From Obrimoposthia wandeli (lineage: Eukaryota), in assembly GCA_977020255.1 (NCBI GenBank), contig CDROCS010000001.1, positions 434,001 through 498,000 of the forward strand: DNA of 64,000 nucleotides, given 5' to 3'. The notes under the pieces are model-generated. The model was not told the origin of the DNA, did not search any database, and worked only from the letters and a program-made list of their open reading frames with translations. Shown here piece by piece: positions 39,380-50,349 of the stretch. Each line of letters begins with the position of its first letter. Positions within the stretch are counted from its first letter, which is position 1. Position numbers and translations under genes: made by a program.

Positions 39380-42300
39380 TTATGTAATTTCATAATGTCC
39401 ATAAGCGCGGCTTCTATTTTTCTCGATCCAATAGCGTTTGTCATCTGATGAGCTGAGAGCAGTCTTTTGTATTATGATTGTGTTTGGATGGTGATTTATT
39501 GTTCCAAACTTATTTTGTGGTATAGTATATGTATTACCGTTTTCATACAGTCTAAATATGTTTGATGTACAACCGTTGATCCATTAAGATTTACTCCTTT
39601 TGCTATATTATTTTCAAAGTCATCTTCAAACTTAAGTGAATAACATTTACAAAGTAAGAAGATCCATTCTTTATACATTCTTCCTTCCGATTCATCTTTA
39701 AATAAACCTATTTTACTATTAAATTTATTAGAATACAATGGATCATTCACATTATAATTTTACGTATCTAATGCTCCATCTGCAATCATTTGAGGTAACA
39801 ACTGATTTCTTAAATTAACACCTTTACATTCTAAAAAGAATGAATCAGTATCTCATGCAACTATATTAATTGAACAATTAAATAGTGATCTATAATTTTG
39901 TAAATCATGATACTGAAGAGTATACATTCGTAATTTGCTAAGGTCTAGTACAGCTTGACCTATATAGTTTGGTCGATCGAGACAAATAAGGTATTTTCTT
40001 AATAAAACAGCTATTAAATTATCATGAATTTCAATTGTTCGTTGAAACATAGGTTTGCTAATATATGTAATTAATTTTGTAGAACTAGTGCAGATGCAAA
40101 GATTCAACCGTTTCTTAACATTTTCAACGGTCTTTCCATGCAAACTAACATTTTTAAGTTTATAAAAATCTTTGTCACATTTATTCGTTGCTTGTGATCT
40201 CATTTCAGAATTATATTCTATATATTCTGCGAATATCTTAGCCTGAGAGAATTTTACTGCTCGATGAATAATTGTTATCACTACTCCTAAACTAACATGC
40301 ATCTGCAATAGTCTCCAATGAATAACGTAATGACTTTTTGGCGAATATGTCATTAAAAGTTTTTCAACTTTTTTTAGCATGTGGACATTTCTTCTCTGGA
40401 GCTATAGGAAGATCGTCTAAAACGTCATGAAGGTTTTCTAGTATTACCAAGTCTACCTCCATAACATAACTATATTCAATATGTTCCATGTCCACATTTT
40501 TCATTTAATGCAATATTTTGTTTAATTTTATATCATCAAGAATCCATTCAAAATCTCCTTTTGGTAAAGGTTGATCAAGAGCCCATCCATATTAATTTTT
40601 AACATATATATATAAAAAACTCGTTTCTTCGTCAGCGACTACATGATGCTTATTGATAAATGTCATTCCTCCACGTATACATGAAGAAATCATGTTGTAC
40701 ATTTCAGGATCCTGCATCAGTTCAACCTTATGTTTTAACATTTTTAAAGCACTTGCCCAACTCAATCCAGGAATGCTAAAAAGGTTAAGTGGTTCTAAAC
40801 CATCTTCACTGAGAGCCTTTCTACTGAATGTTTGAAACGCGTCAGCTAATAAATATACGTCAGTCTTTAAATAAACTAACATATAGTCCATCATATTTCT
40901 ACAATTGGTTATTTTCCAAACATTTTGTGCTTTTTGATATTCAGTGTCTGTGATTTTATCATTCCATTTTACTGGTAAACTTAACTTATTCTGGAGAACA
41001 TTTAATGATGTAGGAAAATTATATGGGAATATTCCTTTGTCATCAATGAGTTTAGATGGAAAAACTGATCTTGTTAATGGAATAGTTGGTAATTTACTGG
41101 CTAAATTCTACAAAGATGATTGTAAAAATTGTAAAGAATCTATAAATATCAGAGTTATTTGACCTTAATCTTACAATCATTGCTTGAAATTTTTCTGTCG
41201 ATTGAATTATATTATTTATATCCCAGACAGTAAATTTATTCAATGCATATTTTAAAATATGATGTAAATCATAATCTCTGAGATTATGAAATACAATAGG
41301 TAAAGTTGGACATAGTTTTCTTGATAAATTACATTCGATACTTGCCAGTAAAGTGATCTTGATCTTTTACATATTTTTCAGATGATTCGTGACATAAATA
41401 ACATTCATCGGATTGCTAAATGCACGAATCTCTGCATTTGTTAAGGGAATCATTACGTTTTTAAGAGCATCTAAATACCATGGCAAAACCTTTTCTTTAG
41501 CCAAGTTCTATATTGACTGAAGAAATTTAACTATGCAGTCATCACCAACATTATGTTGATACTGGGTTTCAATTTTATCTGTACTCATAAATAACATACC
41601 AAATGCGACAGGCATATGCTTTTGATGATAACTCTCGTCTGGTACTAATACAGATTCAAAATCAGTGTAAACGACATATTTCGGTGATATAGTTTTTGAA
41701 AAATCGTTGAATTTAACGTACTTATTCTTAGGCATAGTATTCATTGTAGTGCTTTCTTGATTATAGTCACATAAAGCTTTATGCTTTTCTAATGACAAAT
41801 CGGTTTTGAAACCATGTAAACACTTTTCACACCATTTTCTGCTAATTCTAGTCGTTCCAGTTCGAATATTTAATAGTCGGTTAAGACATCTTATTCCTAT
41901 ATAATGAAACCGTTCCTTGGATTCTAGTAACAATAAATTAACTATAGTTCCTTCCTTCAGTTTTGATTTGTATGCAACATCGATATAAGGATTCTTGATA
42001 ACATCAGTTTTTGATTCTTTTTCACTTACCCCATTGAATATGAATGCATTTATTATTATACCAGAATTTTCCCGTTCAAATTTTGATATATTTGATATTT
42101 TCATAGGCATGTCTTTAGTATTATATACAAAATCATTTAAAAGTTTTTCATAGTTGCTTGGTCTATTTCTATGTGATTCTATTTCATTATATTTAAGTAT
42201 TGATAATATTGCATAAATAAAGCAAAGATTATCAGAGTTTAGAATATTTATGACAGCTTTAGATTTTGTAAGAGAATTTGGTGATTTAATATATGAATGA

Positions 42301-43053
42301 CCTGGCAATGCAAAAATTTGACTATATTTAGTAGCAATAAATGCGTATTCAAGTATGTTCATCAATTTCCAACCACTACCTTTTTCTGAATATTCTTCAA
42401 CTTTATTTTCCATTGTATCTTCCATTTCTGAAATTATAGCATGTGAAAAAATCATTGCTCGATGCGAAGCATACCATTCTTTAGTTTCTCCATCATTCTT
42501 TTCAAACCTCTTTCTAATGATGTATTGAATCTTTGCATTTCCCATTAATTGTACTATTCTTTCTAGTTCGTTTAATAATGAATCTGGAACCTTAAGACTT
42601 ACAAGATTGAGATGATCTACTTTCATGAATATCGTTGAATAACTATTTTCTAACGATGTTTTAGTCTGTATATTGTCATTTATTTTACGATTTCGTGACG
42701 GAGTAGGAGCTGGAATTACTATGCTTGATGGTTCATTAATTATATCAGTTCTTTTGCTTAAAACCGGTACTTTAAATAATGTTTTCTTACTACCATTTTT
42801 ATATTCTGTTAAATGACTAACATGACTATAAAGTAAGTTGTCATCAAAATTTTCAGTTACTTAAACATTGTGGACATATGTAATAATTTACCCTTTTGTA
42901 TGAATAACCATAATAATTTTTCATGATATCATGACAGACTTGAGGCTTAAAATGTGTTTCCGATGAACAATAATTTGAATATGTTTTGCATATACTCATC
43001 TGATGATTTGATTGGTATTGAGATATTGATTGATTTGATTGGGCTTGAGACAT
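39380..43053 (-). pseudogene. Protein-primed family B DNA polymerase (pPolB) with N-terminal zinc finger and EndoVII-like insert
   Basis: FHNLRDYD (Exo II), YLKTDVYLLAD (Exo III), mutated motif A YIYVKN*YG, KLKNVSLHGKTVEN (B), *DTDSF (C), and C-terminal KTALSSSDDKRY..YGHY. Many stops and frameshifts. Confidence 0.95.
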
Positions 43054-43134
43054 TGATTAATTTGTATACTGAATAAAAAGAAGAAAAAATATATAAATAT
43101 ATTTAAATACAATAATTTAATTATTTTACTTACA

Positions 43135-43611
43135 ATGTTAACAAATATTAATTATAAAGAAATTTGATTAGATGATGTAACCAAATTAAAAGTTCGAACA
43201 CGACCAGAACAATACGTTTATAAAGCCAAAGATTATTCAATACTTATTTTTAGAAATAAGAAATGCAGGATTATGGGATGTAAGGTTCCTATTAAAAATA
43301 TTTCTTACCCTTTAAGAATAAATATACTCAGTATTCAATCAATTACGGTATGTGAAAATTTAGATCAAAGTATCAATCTATTTAAATTATGGAATGTGTT
43401 ACGTAATAAATGTTCATTTGACCCTGAGGTTTTCCCAGGTTTTAGATTAAATATTTTCAATCCATTGTGTGTGAATATTTTCACATCTGGAAAGGTCGTA
43501 ATCTTAGGTCTTAGAAATTTAGATTTTCACAACCAAGTTAACGATATCATGACATACATTAATAAAAATAATATAAATACGAAAGAATTTCTAATTAAAT
43601 CATTCAATTAA
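43135..43611 (+). CDS. TBP (TATA-binding protein)-like protein, two repeats, one premature TGA at 43165
   Basis: Repeat 1: LTNINY...LIFRNKKCRIMGCK. Repeat 2: IQSITVCENLDQSINLFKL..SFDPEVFPGFRLNIFNPLCVNIFTSGKVVILGLR, compared with TBP [54 protein letters not shown]. Confidence 0.85.
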
Positions 43612-43613
43612 AA

Positions 43614-43991
43614 ATGTCTTATAAAGCAGTTCAAAAGTATTACGAGTATGATATGTTCTTCTTGACATCTGCATGGATTCATCCAATGACTATGCCAGTG
43701 ACATTATCGAAAACTTCGTACAATTTCCGAGTCTCTGATTTTGACAACAAAGACATTCAGCAATTCAATGATGTCATCAAATATTTTAAGATTGACGTTG
43801 AACTTGAGAATGAAGATATATTTATGCGCGAAGATAAGTGCAAATTTTATGATTGTTTCGGAACAAAGATTTTGGATATTCAAGAAGATGGAAGAAGTTG
43901 GATGCTCGAAATAAAAATTCTCAGATATAAAATGAATGAAACAACTCTCATCTGGAGGATTCATACGGCGACCGAATATTTTGATGTTTAA
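43614..43991 (+). CDS. Maverick accessory protein of unknown function (125 aa)
   Basis: Intact ATG ORF starting 2 nt after the TBP-like stop, with protein-like composition. Confidence 0.7.
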   Translation: MSYKAVQKYYEYDMFFLTSAWIHPMTMPVTLSKTSYNFRVSDFDNKDIQQFNDVIKYFKIDVELENEDIFMREDKCKFYDCFGTKILDIQEDGRSWMLEIKILRYKMNETTLIWRIHTATEYFDV

Positions 43992-44075
43992 TAAATATTT
44001 AATAAAATTTTGTTATTATTATTATAAACATGTACTTATTCTGATATATTTAATTTATTTTAATATTCATATATA

Positions 44076-44705
44076 ATGTTATTAACTAACAATTCGACTT
44101 TTCAAGTAGTAGGTCCAAGTGGTTCAGGAAAAACTTTATTTGTTTGTAAATTATTAAATTCAAAAATATTTAAAAATAAATTGAATAAAATATATTGGCA
44201 TCAAGGTGGTGACGGCGAAGATGGTTTAACAAACCAAGAATTTAATAAAATAAAAAACATTAAGAATATTAACGGTTTTGATGAAAATTGGATGACAAGA
44301 CTCGTAAAAAGTGATGTAATTGTTATTGATGACTTATATCAAGAGGCTAACAAAGAATCTGATTTTAATAATTTATTTACAAAAATTGCAAGACATAGAG
44401 AAGTTACTGTAATTTTAATAACCCAAAATTTATTTCATCAAGGAGGAAATCATCGTACTCGTAATCTTAATGTACATTATTTGATTTTATTCAAAAATCC
44501 TAGAGATCAAACAGTGATAGATTTTATTGCTCGTCAAGCATTTCCTCATAACAAGAGTTGTTTAATTGATGCGTTTCATGATTCTACATCTTTACCTCAT
44601 GGTTATTTATTTTTAAATTTTACTCAATCATATCCTGATGATTTAAGAATTGTTACTGATATATTTAACCGTAATGGTATTACAGTCTATAAACAAAATA
44701 AATAA
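44076..44705 (+). CDS. A32/FtsK-like packaging ATPase
   Basis: Walker A GPSGSGKT, Walker B VIVIDDL, plus RHREVTVILITQNLF and RNLNVHYLILFKNPRD. Confidence 0.95.
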   Translation: MLLTNNSTFQVVGPSGSGKTLFVCKLLNSKIFKNKLNKIYWHQGGDGEDGLTNQEFNKIKNIKNINGFDENWMTRLVKSDVIVIDDLYQEANKESDFNNLFTKIARHREVTVILITQNLFHQGGNHRTRNLNVHYLILFKNPRDQTVIDFIARQAFPHNKSCLIDAFHDSTSLPHGYLFLNFTQSYPDDLRIVTDIFNRNGITVYKQNK

Positions 44706-44946
44706 TAATAAAGTTTAAAATAAAATAAATTTTAAAAAGAGTATTCTTAAACATAGTAAAAGGACAGATAAAGATGAAGTTAAAAAATTAATAAACACTG
44801 TATTATATGATCGTAATAATATTGAATTTTCAAAACGTTTACCTTCTTTCAAAACCTTAGTTGACGTATCAAAAACGAATAAAATGAAAATGTTGAAATC
44901 ATTTCCAATTTATGTAGTTGATGATTTAATAAAATTCAGTAAATGA

Positions 44947-45720
44947 AGGATTCAAGTATATTTTTTATTTAGTCGTTTTGCAAGGGCAGTTGGTATTAAA
45001 TCAAAATCGGGTATTGATTTATTACATGCAATAGAATCTTTAATTGTTGATGATGTACCAGTAAATATCCAAACCGATGAAGGTAAAGAATTTTTTAATT
45101 CACACGTTAAGAAATTATTTAAAACTGAAAATATCAATCATTATTCAGTATATTCTCAATATAAAGCTGCAGTAGTTGAAAGATTTAATAGAACGTTAAG
45201 AGAACGGTTAAAGAAATATTTTACTAAACAAGGTAATAAGAAATGGGTGAATGTATTACCAAAAATTATTTATGCTTATAATAATTCTAAACATAGAGGT
45301 TTAGATGGTTTAAAACCTGAAGATGTATATAATAAAAATGAATTTGATATTTTGTTGAAACAAAATCCAAAAGAAAAGAAAGTTAAATCTAAATATAAAA
45401 TTGATGATTATGTTCGAATATCAAAAATAAGTACAAGTCCATTTATTAAAAATTTTAATCAAAATTGGAGTGATGAGGTTTTTCAAATTCATGATATTAA
45501 TTATAAACAAAATCCAATAATGTATATTTTAAAAGATATTGATAACGTCATCATCAAAGGAAAATTTTATAAACAAGAGTTACAATTAATTGATAAACCT
45601 AAACTATATCGAATACAAGAAATTTTAGAAACTAAAGGTCGTGGTAAGAATAAACAATATTACGTAAAGTGGCACGGATACTCTGAACCTTCTTGGATAT
45701 TTGCTTCTCAAATTGAATAA
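44947..45720 (+). pseudogene. RVE integrase with C-terminal chromodomain, 5'-truncated
   Basis: FSRFA..IQTDEGKEF..KAAVVERFNRTL and chromo YRIQEIL..YYVKWHGY. The N-terminus and first catalytic Asp are deleted. Confidence 0.93.
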
Positions 45721-46728
45721 TGTCAAAATATATTATTTTACCTAGTAATAGTTGTCCAAGTACTCAACCTAACAATACAGCCAATCAATTTACTAGAGGA
45801 AAACTCTCTAAATTTAGATGGTGAATGGGAGGTTGCCTTGACTGAATTTGTATTTAATTATACTCCTTTAACAATACAAACTAATTCAAAAATACTTTAT
45901 AAAACAGAAAAGATAGAAATGAAAACTTTCGATGTATCTTTTGCAATTTTAAATGGATTAATTTTTAATAATTTAAATAATGTTTTCAATTTCAAAATTA
46001 CAAAGGATCAAAAATTAGAAATAAGTACAATTAACAGTATTCATCGAATGTTGTTAAAATTCGAATCTTTAGAAGAATCAAAAATTATAGGTTTTAATGA
46101 AATACAAAAAATTTCTAGTCATGTTATAACAAGTGATGAAATTGTTGACATAAATAAAAATATTCATGCTAAAATGAGAATTACAATTTATTCTTTAGCT
46201 GAATATGAATACGAAATAAAATTTAATCAAAATTATTTGATATAAGATAGTTCTTCATTATGTAATATTATAGCCAGTAAATGTAATGCGATTTTTAAAA
46301 GCTGTAATATAGATTCAAACGGATTATTTGATATTTTAATAAAGAAAAATGTAAAATCAGTTTTATTTGACGAAAAACTTGCATCTTTATTAGGTTTAAA
46401 TAATGTTTTCTTTGAGAAACGAATTAAAGGTTTTCAAGAACCAACACTTTCTAGCTCATATAATCAAATGTATATTTATACTAGTTTAACAGATTCTGTC
46501 TTAGTAGGATCTGATTATGTTCCACTGTTAAAGTCTATTTGGTTAAAATCATTAAAATATCGATATGGAGATGTAGTAAATGTTAAAATTGATAATCCAA
46601 TGTACTTGAAAATGAGAGATTCAAGTATTAATAGAATCGAGGTAAATATACGTGATGATTCTGGTAATTTAATTCCATTTTCATATGGAGCAAAAACTAG
46701 TTTAACTCTTCATTTACGTAAAGTATAA
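45720..46728 (+). pseudogene. Minor capsid (penton/PZ) protein
   Basis: ILPSNS..NT.NQF..LDGEWEVALTE at the N-terminus and MYIYTSL..VG...PLL..IRDDSGNLIPF..LTLHLRK at the C-terminus. Frameshifted. Confidence 0.9.
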
Positions 46729-46756
46729 ACAATATAAATATATTTAAAATATAAAA

Positions 46757-47158
46757 ATGAATACATCAATTATAAAATTTTATAGCAAAAGTCAACAGGG
46801 CGGTGAACTTCCCTATTTCATTGGTAAGCAATATGGATCTGGTTGGTTTCAAACTATTTCTAGATGAGCTATTCCATTTATTAAAAAAGCTGGTTTATCA
46901 GCAGCTACAAGTGCTGCCAATGCAATTGGCGAAACGGTAGGAACTGCGTTAACAAATCCAAAAAACTTAATTTCATCTCTCAAAGAAAATACAATCAAAG
47001 AAGTCGAAACTTTGATTCCAAAATTAAAAAATAATGCTGTTGAGAGTTTAAATAAAGTCGCAAATTGTGTTGAACAAAATGGAAAGGGTCTTAAACGTAA
47101 AAGAAATCATTTAAATAGTATAAACAAACGTCTTAAAGGTACTATTTTCCAAAAATGA
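46757..47158 (+). pseudogene. Core/PW-like protein with GxG/xGG protease-cleavage-type motifs
   Basis: QQGGELPYFIGKQYGSGWFQTISR*AIP..QNGKGLKRKR, with one TGA at 46865. Confidence 0.7.
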
Positions 47159-48374
47159 CTAGTATAAAATCTGAATTGTGTATTTTCGATAGACCACTAC
47201 CTCAAGTAGTGATTGAAAATTCAAGTTTTGAAGAAATATTTCCAATCAATTCAATTACTGGTGGAAATTTAAATGACATAGAATTTAATATTCATGCATC
47301 TGAAGAAGATTATCTGGATTTGAATGATACTTTGTTAAATATTAAATTAAAAGTTGTAAATGAAGATGGTACTGATTTAATGAAAGATAACGATGTAACT
47401 CCAGAGAATTACATGTTTCAAACTTTGTTTAGAGATGCTATTCTAACACTTAATAATGTAAAGGTTGAAGGAGGAAATGGAACGTATACTCATAAGGCTA
47501 TATTCGATACTCTTTTGAATTTTAGTAGTGATACCAAGTATACTAACCTTGAATGTTCTGGGTATGATGATGATGCAAAAAATCGTAAACAATGGATTAC
47601 TGAATCTAAAATATTTTCATTGTGTAATTCAATTAGATTAGATTTCTTTGATCAACCAAAATATTTGATTCCAGGGATTAATGTTCATTTGAGATTTATG
47701 AGAAATCAGCATAATCTTTCGCTCTATTCAGAAACTTCAAAACCAATTATTCAAATTCTAGATGCTAGATTGTATGTTAGAAGAGTAAAAGTTGATTCTT
47801 CAGTAATGATTGGACATCAGTTAGGTTTGCAAAGTCAGAATGCAGTTTTGCAATTAGAAAAACTCAGTTAGTAACATATTCAATTCCTCAGGGTTCTTTG
47901 GAACTTAATAAAGATCAAATATTCGGAGACTATCGTTTACCCAAGTTCATTTTGATTGCTTTCAAAGATACACCTCAGGGGGGTAAGGAATACAAAGTTA
48001 AATCTTCTACGTTCAATACATTTAATGTTTCAACAATATCATTAGCTAGAAATACAGATTATCGAGAAACTTATAATCTAGATAATAACAATTTTTCATT
48101 AGCATATATGCAGTCAATTATTCGAAATATGAATATTTTAGATAAAAACTTGAATAATGGTATCAGATTTTCTGATTTTAAATCAGGAAGTTCGATTTTC
48201 ACTTTTCTATTAGCACCAGATTTTGATATAAACACTACTCAAGTGCCTAAAACTGATAATTTAAGACTTGAAATTAGATTTAATTCTCCTTTGGTTGTTC
48301 CAACAAGTGTTTTGATTTACGGAATATTTGATTCCGAAATTATGATTACGAAAAATAAAACTGTGATTGTATGA
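47155..48374 (+). pseudogene. Double-jelly-roll major capsid protein (PY)
   Basis: KSELCIFDRP.PQ.VIE..IEFNI....YLDLNDT and LEIRFNSPL...LIYG.FD. Frameshift at ~47865. Confidence 0.92.
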
Positions 48375-48447
48375 AGTAAGCTTATTGTATATTATATTCT
48401 TTATTTAAATTAGTACTTTAGAAATTTATAAATCCGGAAAAATATTA

Positions 48448-48747
48448 TTGAATAACAAATTTAATGGAGTATATTCATTGGATAAAATTCCATCATTAAA
48501 ACCCGGAGGCTACATTATCAATACTCATACTTCAAATCTACCAGGCGAACATTGGATAGCAATATTTGTTGACAGATTCAAGATTCGAGTGTTTGATCCT
48601 TTTGGATTCTATTATCCTTCAAAGTTGGTGTCTACACTTGAAAAAGAAAACATTCCAGTCTACTATAATCGAGTTAAATGTCAGAATCCATTAACTAAAA
48701 ACTGCGGACCTCTGAGTCTTTTATGGTTGAAACTTCAACACAAATAA
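48448..48747 (+). CDS. Adenain-like cysteine protease
   Basis: FNGVYSLD, INT...PGEHWIAI, FDPFG and CQ....NCG (His/Asp/Gln/Cys). Confidence 0.9.
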   Translation: MNNKFNGVYSLDKIPSLKPGGYIINTHTSNLPGEHWIAIFVDRFKIRVFDPFGFYYPSKLVSTLEKENIPVYYNRVKCQNPLTKNCGPLSLLWLKLQHK

Positions 48748-48797
48748 TTTTAAGTATAAACAAATATATCATTATAGTATTTCATTTTATTTTTCAA

Positions 48798-49250
48798 ATG
48801 GCTTTTATTGATTTAGAATGTTTTATTGATAATAATGGAGAATATATTCCAAAGGAATTATGTATAATGTATGTGAATGATATGACTTGTCCATTTCATT
48901 ACGTGTTTAAAAATCAAATACCATGGAGTAGTTTATCATTTACAGTTAAAAGAAAAATCTATATTTGATAAATCATCATCATCAGTTATCCTGGTTTGAA
49001 GGTGAAAGCTCTGATATTCATATTGATGATGTTGAAACAATATTCTATGTTATGGATTCTATTGATGGAAAGAAAATTAATTTAGTGAAACGAATGTTTC
49101 CAAATTTGAGAATTGTGAATTATAATAAAAGTTTCAAAAATTTAAAGAAAATACCAAAAAAATATTCGATGTCCGTTTAGAAAACACGGAAAACATTGTG
49201 CTTATTTGAAATGTTTTTCTCTATGTATTGATTATGTAAATTGTATATAA
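48798..49250 (+). pseudogene. DEDD/DnaQ-like exonuclease-fold accessory protein with C-terminal Cys/His cluster
   Basis: MAFIDLECF..YIPKEL..HQLSWFEG..CPFRKHGKHCAY across two frameshifts. Confidence 0.55.
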
Positions 49251-49266
49251 ATATATTTATTAAGGA

Positions 49267-50303
49267 TATTTTATTTTAATATATAATTTATGTTATTTAA
49301 ATAAATTTTACCATATTTCTTTAGATGCGTAAGCCTGGGAAAACTTTAGACTAAATTTTCACATAGAATAGTGTGTGTTATTACGTAATACATTCCTTAA
49401 CTGATAAGAGTGAACTTTAGCTTAAATTTTCACATAGAATAATTGATTGAATACTATATAATTTCTTAATTTATGCCAAATCTAACCCTTAACTTGTGAA
49501 CGACCATAAAATTTTTACATGAATAAACTCGTAATATGTTGACGAATACAACCATGTACTTGAAACTATGAAATTCCAACTTTTTTTAACCCTTCATCTA
49601 TGGACGACCATACCTATATGGATGAATTCGTCTTCTAAAGATGATTACAACCATGTATTCAAACCTTGACATTTAAAACTTGATTTGGTCTATATCGCGA
49701 CCTCTTCATATATGACCGACCATACTTTATGAGTGACTTCGTCTTCTAAAGATGATTACAACCATGTACTAAAACCTTGATATTTTAATTTTTTTTTTTT
49801 TAGTCCGACCCTTTGACCTATGGACGACCACAACCCTTTAGATGTGATGGCCAACCATAGTTGACCTCAATTATACCTTCAAAGTTTCAAGTCAAAACTG
49901 AGTCCGACCCTTTGATTTATGGACGACCACAACCCCTTGGGTATGTTGGCCGACCATAAGTGGTCATGACCATACCTTCAAACCTTCAAGTCAAAACTGA
50001 GTCCGACCCTTTGACCTATGGACGACCACAACCCCTTGGGTATGTTGGCCGACCATAGGTGGTCATGACCATACCTTCAAACCTTCATAACCTTTTTGAG
50101 CCAAACCCTTATGGTGTGGCAAGACACCCCTATGGTGAGGCAACATATACCCTATGGTGTGACACCCTTATGGTGTGACATTTCTATGGTGTGACACCCT
50201 TGTGGTGTGACACCCTTTAACTTGGTGTGCGCACACCACCCTTTAACTTGATGTGCGCACACAGGGGGGGTCAAGTGATCTAGACTCCATCCTTCTACCT
50301 ACT
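49267..50303 (-). repeat. Maverick right TIR with three ~99-bp and several ~17-bp internal repeats
   Basis: Units starting agtccgaccctttga at ~49802, 49901 and 50000. acaccc.tatggtgt units at 50105-50215. Confidence 0.93.
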
Positions 50304-50336
50304 ATCGTTCTCCACGCCATCTTGGATTTAACTACA

Positions 50337-50348
50337 AGCTATTTCGGC
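50337..50348 (+). promoter_or_regulatory. Putative primer-binding site complementary to nt 1-12 of tRNA-Phe(GAA)
   Basis: AGCTATTTCGGC directly after the LTR end. Its reverse complement GCCGAAATAGCT is the 5' end of human/Drosophila-type tRNA-Phe. Confidence 0.7.
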
Positions 50349-50349
50349 T

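Larger units (their letters stand above)
38573..50303. mobile_element. Maverick/Polinton (polintovirus-like), complete gene set, decayed
   Basis: Termini AGTAGGTAGAAGGATGG / CCATCCTTCTACCTACT, long TIRs, and pPolB, ATPase, INT, mCP, MCP and protease genes. No 6-bp TSD (left agcacc, right atcgtt). Confidence 0.97.

Noticed and set aside
44750-44945. Short open frame between ATPase and integrase
   Set aside because: No start codon and truncated by the deletion that removed the integrase N-terminus. Identity not assignable.
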